Below the pieces are notes generated by a model. The model had not been told where the DNA came from. It worked only from the letters and a program-made list of their open reading frames with translations, and ran no database searches. DNA of 64,000 nt from an uncultured Acidobacteriota bacterium (GTDB lineage: Bacteria > Acidobacteriota > Thermoanaerobaculia > Multivoradales > JAHEKO01). A program made the position numbers and the translations under genes. Of the stretch, positions 48,747-57,465 are shown piece after piece (position 1 is the first letter of the stretch; each line of letters opens with the position of its first letter). The DNA lies in assembly GCA_963713825.1 (NCBI GenBank), contig CAVQNG010000003.1, positions 864,001 to 928,000 on the forward strand. The letters run 5' to 3'.

Positions 48747-48785
48747 GCGGAGCTCTCTACGGAACGGAGGTTGAGGGCTCTGTCG

Positions 48786-49184
48786 TCAGGAGATCGGCAG
48801 GATCTCTTTAGAGATCTGGGGGACCTTCCTGAAGTGAGAGTCGGTACTGACGACGATCAGTCCATGCTGCATGGCCGAGGCCGCTATCCAAAGGTCATTG
48901 GTGGGAATCGGGGTTCCTTCGCGACGCAGATGATCGACGATGTCTGAGTAGCGCCGCGCAGTACCCTCGTCGATCGGTAGCGACTCGACTCTGGGCGAAT
49001 CGAGAAAGCGATCGAGCAGGTCGTTGTTCTTGCGCGTGTGTTTGCCCAGGCGAAAGCCGCTGAGAAGCTCGCCAAGAACGATGGGAGTGACGGCGATTTG
49101 CTTGGCTCTCTGGACGAGGTCGAGAACTCCCTCGTGTCCGCGCATGAAGGCGGAGTAGGCGGAGGTGTCGAGGAGGATCTTCAA
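48786..49184 (-). CDS. vapC: VapC PIN-domain toxin
   Basis: LLDTSAY, IVLGEL, IPTNDLWIAA and STDSHF motifs. Confidence 0.92.
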   Translation of the reverse strand: MKILLDTSAYSAFMRGHEGVLDLVQRAKQIAVTPIVLGELLSGFRLGKHTRKNNDLLDRFLDSPRVESLPIDEGTARRYSDIVDHLRREGTPIPTNDLWIAASAMQHGLIVVSTDSHFRKVPQISKEILPIS

Positions 49185-49190
49185 GGTGGC

Positions 49191-49451
49191 CTACTCCCAG
49201 ACGTCTTCGTCGATCGGGCGGTGTTCCTGGAGATACCCGTCGAACTCTCGGGCCTGCTTCCGCGTCCAACTCCCCGCTAGATCGTCGAGATCGTGGAATC
49301 GTCCCGGCGGACGACCGTTATCGGAGATACCCGTCGCCTTCTTCAGCAGACGAAGAACTGTCTTGTTGAGGCTTGCGCCCGTCGCAGCTGCCTCGCGCTC
49401 GAGAATCTCAGCAAGCTCACTGGGAATCTGTCGTAACGTGATGGCCTTCAT
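49191..49451 (-). CDS. Ribbon-helix-helix antitoxin (FitA-like)
   Basis: MKAITLRQIP...SLNKTVL...DLDDLAGSW, directly upstream of vapC. Confidence 0.85.
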   Translation of the reverse strand: MKAITLRQIPSELAEILEREAAATGASLNKTVLRLLKKATGISDNGRPPGRFHDLDDLAGSWTRKQAREFDGYLQEHRPIDEDVWE

Positions 49452-49470
49452 TTGGATCCTCTATCTCCGA

Positions 49471-49498
49471 TGCATCATAGTTGCATCAATATGATGCA
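49471..49498 (-). promoter_or_regulatory. Operator of TA module 1
   Basis: TGCATCATA...TATGATGCA inverted repeat with a third TGCATCA inside, overlapping a minus-strand TATGAT. Confidence 0.7.
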
Positions 49499-49705
49499 AG
49501 TATAGATTCACATTGTCGACTCTGCAAGTCGAGACAGCAACCCTTAGTCGCGCTGTAGGAGGGAGTCGTTACGGTAATTCCGACGACTTCTCGTGTCCTG
49601 GTGGTCAGTGCTCCAGACTTGTGAGTGAACTCGCCATATGGGATTGCGAGATGCCAGGCAGATATTCCGTCTGTGAACGAGAGGTGATGGCGATTCGCGG
49701 GAGAG

Positions 49706-49734
49706 TTGACATATTTATGTCACATATCTATCCT
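49706..49734 (+). promoter_or_regulatory. Sigma70 promoter with an operator palindrome (TA module 2)
   Basis: TTGACA-N17-TATCCT; palindrome TGACATA-TT-TATGTCA at 49707-49722; ATG lies 7 nt after the -10. Confidence 0.8.
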
Positions 49735-49741
49735 GGAGAGC

Positions 49742-49993
49742 ATGAGGACGACGGTGCGACTGGACGATGATCTATTGCGCGAAGCGAAGCGCCATGCTGC
49801 GGAAAAGGGCATGACCCTGACCGCACTCTTGGATCAGGCGCTGCGAGAGATCCTCTCCAGGGAGGAACGAACCCCTGCAGTCGATCGGTTGGAGCTACCG
49901 ACGTTCAGGGGCCGAGGGCTGCAACCGGGTGTGAATCTCGATGACGCAGTCTCTCTCCGCGACATCATGGACCGGCACGATGATCCTGTTTGA
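49742..49993 (+). CDS. vapB: VapB antitoxin (RHH)
   Basis: MRTTVRLDDDLLREAK...LPTF...PGVNLDD; overlaps vapC. Confidence 0.87.
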   Translation: MRTTVRLDDDLLREAKRHAAEKGMTLTALLDQALREILSREERTPAVDRLELPTFRGRGLQPGVNLDDAVSLRDIMDRHDDPV

Positions 49994-50405
49994 CGTCAAC
50001 GTCCTGGTACACGCCTTTCGGGAGGATACGCCGCGCCACCTCGAAATCCGCCGTTGGCTGGAGGAGCGGGTCTACTCGGAGGGGGCCTTCGGCTTATCGG
50101 ACCTGGTCCTGAGTGGGTTTCTGAGAGTCGTTACCCATCCGCGGGTCTTCGACCCGCCGACGCCACTCGAGGATGCTCTTGCTTTCGTTGAGAGCCTCCG
50201 GGGTCAGCCGAACTGTGTCCTTTTTGCGCCGGGCCGCCGTCACTGGAGGATTTTCACCCGCCTCTGCCGGGAAGCCGAGGCCAGGGGCAACCTGATTCCG
50301 GATGCCTACCTGGCCGCCCTGGCCATCGAATCCGGCAGTGAATGGATCACCGCCGACACCGATTTCCGCCGCTTCCCGGGCCTGAAGTGGAGCGCCCCCT
50401 CTTGA
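49980..50405 (+). CDS. vapC: VapC PIN-domain toxin (mycobacterial-type)
   Basis: MILFDVNVLV, GFLRVVTHP, GNLIPDAYLAALAIE and DTDFRRFPGL motifs. Confidence 0.92.
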   Translation: MILFDVNVLVHAFREDTPRHLEIRRWLEERVYSEGAFGLSDLVLSGFLRVVTHPRVFDPPTPLEDALAFVESLRGQPNCVLFAPGRRHWRIFTRLCREAEARGNLIPDAYLAALAIESGSEWITADTDFRRFPGLKWSAPS

Positions 50406-51222
50406 CTACCACTTGAACATGAAGCCGAAGACCGGGCCGGAGAAGGTCAGATCTGTCTCGATGTCGACCCCTTCTACCCTCTCCTTGATCTCCATACTCA
50501 TGTACCGATAGCCGAGGAGAAGTCCGTACCTGCCTGATTGACCGATCTGGTACTTGAAGAAGGCTTGCCCGTTCAGAGTGAGCTCGGTACCGCCCGTGGC
50601 GACATCACCGCGGATCGAGTAGTTCCACTTGTTGCCGATTTGGCCGATATAGCGCAGTCCGAGAAATCCGTCGGTGAGATTTGGCGAACTCTCCTGCCTT
50701 TTGCCCGGGAGCGATCGGGATCGGCGGAGTCAAATGGATCACCTCATCCATGCCGATCCAGCGGAGTCCGAAAAGCAGATCCAGGCCGGTCTCCTCACCC
50801 GAGAGGCGATAGAAGCCCCCGCCTTCGAGGATCAACTGTTCGATATCGAGGTCGACCACCGTCCCTGGTGGCGGTGACCCGGGGTCTTGATGCTCCGGTA
50901 CCGTCTCGCTGGTCGAGAGGTCGACGTAGAAGAAGTCGAAAAGAAGGCCCGCCCTGCCGCGCCGGCCCTCTGCATGGAACGCGAACGCAAAGTCCAGATT
51001 GGAGAAGAGGTCGGTGAAAGCCACATCATTGTCGGAGATCACCACGCCGTCTTCCTTCACCGTGGCGCCTATGCTGGTGGTCCAGAGGTAGGGGGTCACT
51101 GACCATTCCCAGGAGTTTGCCGCCTGCGCCTCCCCGGCTGGCAGCCAGAGACAGATACCCAAAGCGGCAACGATCGTAAATTTGGTCCACAGATTCATGT
51201 TCCACATCGAAAAATCTCCCAT
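50406..51222 (-). pseudogene. Outer-membrane beta-barrel-like protein, frameshifted near 50700-50540
   Basis: Signal peptide and WSVTPYLW. The C-terminus LGYRYM...DLTFSGPVFGFMFKW (terminal aromatic residue) lies in another frame. Confidence 0.7.
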
Positions 51223-51242
51223 GTCGATTGCAATCCGATTCT

Positions 51243-53666
51243 CTAGTTGTCGCTCTCAGGAATACTGATGGTGACGTTCGTTACGTACCCGGTGAACTCC
51301 GAATCTTCGACATCTTTGAAGACCTTGTCGGCTACTTGGGTTGCCTCGTCCCTGCCAACATCAGCAGTTTCATCTGCCGAGTAAACCCCCGGCTGCAGTT
51401 TTTTCGACCCTGCCCTCGGCGACTTTTTCACCGTCCACATACAGCGTTGCCAGACCACCTTTGCCGGTGCCGCCGCCATCGTAATCAAACTGCAACTTGA
51501 TCTCGGCGTTCGGCTGGTTGATGGCCTTGGGCGATGCGATCGTATAGCGCTCCAGACCAAACCAGTTGTAGGTATAGGCCGGCTTGCCACCGTCCATATA
51601 CAGCGCCCAACCGCCAAACTTGCCGCCCTGGGTAAGGATGACACCTCTGTCATTACCTTTCAGCTGCAACATTCGCGACGATGGTCTTGGAACTGTTCTT
51701 TTCGTTGATAAAGGTGTTTTCCAAAATGCCGGTCATGCCATCGGCGAGCGTGAGGCTCTTTCGGTCACCCATCAGATCGGGCCGTCCGGCGATAGCCGCA
51801 TTAAAGCGCTCGTACAGGCGGTCATCCAACGGATACACGTTGTTGGCAATGGCTTCTTTCTCAAACAGATTCCTGCATCTCTTTCAGCTTGTCGGGATTC
51901 TGAGCTGGCCAGATCATTGGTCAGACTGAAGTCTTCGGCCAGTGTTATAAAGATCCCACACATCATCCTGCAAAGTGTTTTCTACGTTTCGTCGCGCCAC
52001 GGTGCACGGTGGACAACCCGAGCCAACCAGCCGTCGTGGTAGATAGCGCGGTTGCCAAACATCTCGAAATACTGCGTGGTATGGCGATCCTTGGTGCGTT
52101 GGCATCCTCTAGCCGCATACAACATGCTCACGCCGGACAACGGTATCTGCGGTACACCGTTCACCGATTTTCGGTTGCGGCAAACCGGTGGCTTCCAGCA
52201 CGGTAGCCGCCACATCATTGACATGATGGAACTGGCTGCGGATTTCCCCTTTGGCCTTGATACCTTTGGGCCAGTGCATCACCATGCCGTTGCGGGTACC
52301 GCCAAAATCAGCGGCCATCTGCTTGGTCCAGGTAAACGGAGCATCCGTAGCCACCGCCCAGGCTGCCGAGAAATGCGGGAATGAATTCGGACCACCCCAG
52401 TCGTCGGCCCTCTCCAGCATGCTTTCTGTGGTTTCGGCATCAAATATGCCGTTCAGATGGATCAACTCATTGTAGGTGCCAGTCAAACCACCTTCGCCAC
52501 TGGAGCCGTTGTCGCCCATGATGTAGATGAACAGGGTGTTATCGAGCACACCAATTTCATCAATGGCGTCCACCAGTCTGCCGACCTCATGGTCGGTATG
52601 TTCCGTGAAACCTGCAAAGGCCTCCATCTGCAGCGCAAAGAGCTCACGTTCCTGATCGCTCAAAGACTTCCCATTCTTTGATGTCTTCGGGCATCGGGCG
52701 CAAGTTTGGCGTTCTGCGGGGATGATCCCCATTGCTTTCTGGCGTTCAAAAGTCTCCTGCCGATACGCCAGCCAGCCCTCATCGAACTTGCCGTCATACT
52801 TCTCGATAAATTCTTTCGGCGCATGGTGCGGGGCATGAGTAGCACCGGTCGCATAGTAGATCATGAACGGTTTTTCCGGTGTCATGGCCTGTTGGAACTT
52901 GACCCAGTCGATCGCTTCATTGGTCATATCGGTGGTGAAGTGATAATCAGGGTCATCCTTCTTGGCCACTTTGGTTACGCCATCAAAAATAACCGGATCC
53001 CATTGGTTGGTTTCACCACCGATAAACCCATAAAACTTGTCAAAGCCTGAATTGGTCGGCCAGCGGAAATAAGGCCCGGAGACCGAAACTTCCCAGGTGG
53101 GTGTTTCATGCCATTTACCAAATGCGGCCGTACTGTAGCCATTCAGGCGCAGCGTCTCGGCAACGTACTTGGCATCGTCCGGCCGCTCGCCCTGGTTGCC
53201 GTGAAAGCCCGTGGCGACTTCCATCACCGAACCCACATTGACTTCATGATGGTTTCTGCCGGACAGCAGGGAGGCTCGTGTCGGGGAACACAAAGCTGTG
53301 GTGTGAAACTGATTGAAGCGTAGGCCTTCATTTGCCAAGCGCTCAAAGGTGGGCGTTTCAATGCCGCCACCGAACGGGCTGGTCGCGCCAAAGCCGATAT
53401 CGTCGATCAGCACGATGACAACGTTGGGCGCTCCCTCGGGCGGCTTGATCTCGAACATCGGCGGCTTGGTCGCATTGCGTAGCATCCATTTCAGTAATTG
53501 GCTTGTGCTTTGGGGGCTGAATGGGCAGCACGGTGCGATCCAGCGTGCCCGGGGTACTCGCGACTTCCGGTGCCGCTGCTTTTGACTGCAGCGAACCGTC
53601 CGAGCAGCCAACCAGCATCAGCAGCAAACTCAAATTGGCAAATACGAAGATGTGTCTATTGTTCAT
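51243..53666 (-). pseudogene. Formylglycine-dependent arylsulfatase lipoprotein with a C-terminal LamG-like domain; roughly ten frameshifts
   Basis: Lipobox LVGC; PNVVIVLIDDIGFG, ALCSPTRASLLSGR (CxPxR), FGKWH, GDNG and TQYFEMFGNRAIYHDGW. Collinear fragments span at least seven ORFs. Confidence 0.9.
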
Positions 53667-53701
53667 AGTGTGCCTCCTGGGCAGCAAATGATGAGTCGAG
53701 G

Positions 53702-53757
53702 TGGACCCCCTCCTTCGGACAGTTTTCAGTGACAGCCAAGGTGGGATCGGGGGTCCA
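53702..53757. mobile_element. Possible IS-end remnant or mini-element (TG...CA, 9-bp terminal inverted repeat)
   Basis: TGGACCCCC...GGGGGTCCA enclosing GGACAGTTTT, reminiscent of IS3-family ends; located at the compositional shift before the sulfatase. Confidence 0.35.
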
Positions 53758-53900
53758 TCTCCGATGGAGATTCTTAGTCGTCGGCAGGCCGCAATGGGAA
53801 CTGAAAGTCCGAGCCGATGAGCGAGTCTATACCAGGGACGAGGGGATTCGACTCGGGCCCAAGCGTAGTGGCTAACTTCTGAGAAGAGTATACAGGCTCG

Positions 53901-55154
53901 CTACTCCTTGAATACCGGTTCGTAGTCGGTGCCGTACATCTCGTTGATCTCGTCGTAGATCGGTCCCACGACCTCCGGAAAGCCCAGCGCGCCGGAGATG
54001 GTGAAGTCCGAGAAAGGAATCGCACTTGGACGTGTCCGGAGCGTATTCTTGTTCTTGAGCGGCGGGCTGGGCCAGATCTCCTCGTCGATGACCGACATCC
54101 GGACCCGGATATCGTCCTTGGTCACATTCCAGACCATGTAATCCACGGCCAGGGCGAGCGGCCCGTCATAGGTCTTGCGCACCCTGTTCCGGACCTCGGG
54201 CTCAATGTCGAAGTCATTGTAGAAGTGGTAGCCGACAGCCAGACGAGGCTTAACCAGCGACATCACCTTGCCGAACTGCTCTGGCGAGGTGTGCCCCTGC
54301 GTGCCGACGGTCAACGCTTCCAGCGGAGCGAAACCCTGCTTGGTGACCAGAAGCGTCGGTGGCAGGAAGCACTCATGGATAGCGATGTCCGCACCCTTAG
54401 CGTATTCGTTGTACCACTTGTTGGGAGGTGTCGCTGCCGTAGACAAACTTCATGTCCGTTCCACTCCAGGATGAAGCTCACCGCGCCATCCAGGCCGTGA
54501 ATCGCTGGAATACTGCGGATCGACCACGCCGTTCTCGTCGTAAATGACCTCGTTGATACCGTCGAAGGGGAATTCATGGACTTCCAGTTTACCGCCACGA
54601 AAGTCGATGACGCCGCGAGCGAGTGCCAATATCCCAGGTATACATCTCCTGCATCCGATCCATGGCGTACTGTGGTACCGTACTCTGGTTTGCCACCGCT
54701 CGGTCCCCAGATGCGCAGCGGGGTAAGGCGGTTCATAGTCGTACCACCGAGCCAGAAAGTGGGCAGATCGCCCATAGTGGTCCACATGCAGGTGGCCGAT
54801 GAAGACCTTGTCCAGAAAGTCGTAGGGGATCTTCATTGCGCCGCGATCCGCTCGTGAGCAACCAGCTACCGATGTCGAAGAGGAATTTATCACCATTGCC
54901 CAGTTCGACCAGGAAGCAGGCGGCCGCCTGCTTGGGTCGGGCGCTGGGCATGCCGGTGCCACAGGGCCATGATTCGCATCTCGTCTGGTGCCAAGTCCTC
55001 GGTACCCGGAAAATAGACATCCCGATCCGAAAGCGCCTTCACGGGATCTGAGGTTTCTTTCGCGGGAGTTGCCGCGACCAGTGAGATAAGTCCCACGGTA
55101 AAAAAGGGCCACTCCAATGGCGAAGCCAGACAGAAGTGTGAATCGTCTCTTCAT
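53901..55154 (-). pseudogene. Second GntH-like MBL-fold hydrolase with multiple frameshifts
   Basis: YFPGTEDLAPDEMR, CGTGMP, VELGNGDKFLFDIG, GHLHVDH, IHECF and GHTSPEQFG are spread over several frames. Paralog of 46214-47620. Confidence 0.85.
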
Positions 55155-55350
55155 GTTCGGTCTCCTCAGTGGAAGTTGGCAACCCTCAGTCCACACTACC
55201 GCGCTGGTTTCTCTGGCATAGAGGCGTCTCTAGCGCGAAGAGAGTGGCAACTGAGAGTTCGACCTGCCGGTCAGCAGCGGTTTACATTGCCGGTATTGTC
55301 GTAGAATATGTGCAGCCAGCGACATCAAGAATCGGCACGAGTGCCCGAGG

Positions 55351-56322
55351 ATGGCAGATCTCATCGAGCAACAGCCCCCGCCATTTCACCTGAAGGCGAA
55401 ATTTCACGACTTCGATGAGATCGCTGAAACGGTCGAGGGCTGGGACCTCGACTGGCAGCAACTCGACCGGGGTCGGCTCGAGGCCACCGTGCAGCAAAGC
55501 GGCTCTTCGTCTTGGCTTCTCACCCGGGTCAGCTTCAGTCGCCAGTTCCACCAGCGAGGGGGAACTCCACCCGGTTTCCTCACCTTTGGAATTCCAGGGC
55601 GGGCCGTCGAAGAGATCAACTGGTGTGGTCAGAGTGCCGACGGCAGCAACTTGATGGCTTTCCGTCCGGGCGGCGAGTACGAGTCGATGTCTCGGCCCGG
55701 CTTTCGAGCCAACACCTTCTCGTTCTCGGAAGACCTGTTGGATGATGTCGCCCGCTCTCTCGACCTGCCTCGAGTCCAGAGGCTGCTAAGCGGTTCCCAC
55801 CAGGTGTTCGTCTGTGATCCGGTGCTCTTGGCGAGGATGAGAGAAAAGCTACAGGCGATTCTTCACACCGCGGCTGGTGACCCCTCCTCTCTATCGAAAC
55901 CCGAGTATCAACGCGAGATCGAGATCGAGTTGCCGAAACTACTCCTACAGACTGTCACGAGGGGAGAGGAGAGTCAGCGTAGGCGGTCGTCTGCAGTGCG
56001 AAGCAGGGCAACCCGACAAGCCCTGGCCTTGATTGCCGAGGTGTCGGAGGAGCCTCTGACCGTGCAGGAGATCTGCAACGCAGTTGGTGTCAGTGAACGA
56101 ACGCTTCGCTATTCGTTTCGCGAGCAGCTCGACGTCAGTCCCAAGCAGTATCTGCAATCGGTACGTCTGAACGGTGTGCGCCGCGATCTGTTGCGCTCGG
56201 AGGAGAGCGTTCAGATCACGGACGTCGCCAACCGATGGGGCTTCTGGCATATGGGACAGTTTGCCGCCGACTATCGCCGCCAGTTCGGTGAGCTGCCGTC
56301 AGAAATCGTCACTTCCCGCTAA
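55351..56322 (+). CDS. EutR-like AraC family regulator
   Basis: WDLDWQQLDRG N-terminal domain; GVSERTLRYSF...WGFWHMGQFAADYRRQFGELPS. Confidence 0.92.
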   Translation: MADLIEQQPPPFHLKAKFHDFDEIAETVEGWDLDWQQLDRGRLEATVQQSGSSSWLLTRVSFSRQFHQRGGTPPGFLTFGIPGRAVEEINWCGQSADGSNLMAFRPGGEYESMSRPGFRANTFSFSEDLLDDVARSLDLPRVQRLLSGSHQVFVCDPVLLARMREKLQAILHTAAGDPSSLSKPEYQREIEIELPKLLLQTVTRGEESQRRRSSAVRSRATRQALALIAEVSEEPLTVQEICNAVGVSERTLRYSFREQLDVSPKQYLQSVRLNGVRRDLLRSEESVQITDVANRWGFWHMGQFAADYRRQFGELPSEIVTSR

Positions 56323-56583
56323 CCTCCCCCTGATCGACAGTTCGCCGGGTCGCGTCAGAATCGGCTGGCACCTCGAAAATGAAGCAGGTGGAGCGACCAG
56401 CTCCTCATTGCCTCGTTACGGCAATTCGAGTGGAGCAGAAGATCCATTTGACAACGAAAACGACGGCGACAATGCGATGCTTGAGCGATTCCACGAATCG
56501 GCTGGCACGCCTGAGTTGGGAAGTCGCTCGAGCAAGAAGGTGCCGGTAGAACACGTCCTATGTTGTGGAGGGAGAGCTTAAGC

Positions 56584-56605
56584 AGCACTAAAGTGCTATA
56601 GTGCT
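56584..56605 (+). promoter_or_regulatory. Operator and leaderless promoter of TA module 3
   Basis: AGCACT-AA-AGTGCT palindrome plus a repeated AGTGCT; TATAGT lies 6 nt before the ATG at 56609. Confidence 0.65.
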
Positions 56606-56608
56606 TCT

Positions 56609-56890
56609 ATGGCACCCGCGTTCAAGCAGGTCCGAGTCAACATCTACCTGGATGATCCCGACATGAAACGCGAGATCAAGATCGCTGCTGCCAATCGCGG
56701 AGTCACACAGAGCGCGTATTGTGTTCAAGCGATTCGGCAGCGGTTGGAGAGAGAGCGCATCGTTGAAACGGCGTCGGACGCGAAACATCGACGGCGAGAG
56801 GTTGCGGAGGCCCTCGACCAACTGCAGGCCGAGATCGGGCCCGTGGGGATTCCCGTTCGAGAATTGATCGACGAAGGCAGGCGAGGGTGA
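56609..56890 (+). CDS. Putative RHH antitoxin
   Basis: RVNIYL...IKIAAA...; ends ELIDEGRR and overlaps vapC by GTGA. Confidence 0.8.
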   Translation: MAPAFKQVRVNIYLDDPDMKREIKIAAANRGVTQSAYCVQAIRQRLERERIVETASDAKHRRREVAEALDQLQAEIGPVGIPVRELIDEGRRG

Positions 56891-57342
56891 ACGAATCGAG
56901 CCGAGAGTCCAGATATCTGGTAGTGGACGCCAGTGTCTCTCTGAAATGGGTCCTGGACGATGAAGACGGCGTGGCTCCGTCGATTGAGCTGAGGAATGAG
57001 GCGGTTAGGGGCCAGGTGCAGATGGTGGCCCCTTCCCTTTGGATGTACGAAGTGACGAATGCACTTGTCGTTGCCTATTTGAAGGGCCGAGTCGATCTTC
57101 AGCAAAGCGGTCGGGCGCTGGCACTCCTAAAGAATCAAGGAGTTCGTCTGGCGGATCCTGAACCGATGGACTGCCTCGAGATCGCTACGAGCTTCGAGAT
57201 CAGCGGCTACGACGCGGCCTATCTTGCGCTCGCCGAAACACTGGAGACGGAGCTCTGGACGGGTGATCGACGCCTCTACGAGAAAGTCCGTGGCCGATCG
57301 GAGCGCGTTCGCTGGATCGGGGACTACAGCACAGTCGAGTGA
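56887..57342 (+). CDS. vapC: VapC PIN-domain toxin
   Basis: VVDASVSLKW, YEVTNAL, YDAAYLALA and LWTGDRRL motifs. Confidence 0.92.
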   Translation: MNESSRESRYLVVDASVSLKWVLDDEDGVAPSIELRNEAVRGQVQMVAPSLWMYEVTNALVVAYLKGRVDLQQSGRALALLKNQGVRLADPEPMDCLEIATSFEISGYDAAYLALAETLETELWTGDRRLYEKVRGRSERVRWIGDYSTVE

Positions 57343-57362
57343 GACGGCCTACAGAAACAATG

Positions 57363-57465
57363 CGGGCGGGGACAAGCCCCGCCCCTACCGTCGCACCGGA
57401 ATAGCAAACGGCCGGCGATATCGCCGGCCGTCTCGTCCCCTAGGCCCTTAAGCCCCCACGCCCTA
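57363..57465 (-). repeat. GTAG REP, CGGCCGGCG hairpin and 8-nt repeats
   Basis: Minus-strand GTAGGGGCGGGGCTTGTCCCCGCCCG (57363-57388); ACGGCCGGCGATATCGCCGGCCGT palindrome. Confidence 0.8.

Noticed and set aside
46214-55154. Guanitoxin biosynthesis cluster suggested by the GntH-like hydrolases
   Set aside because: No other gnt-type genes are present, and the context is sulfatase, AraC and TA genes.
56358-56512. Sigma-54 promoters at the two CTGGCAC sites
   Set aside because: No TTGC element at the required -12 position.
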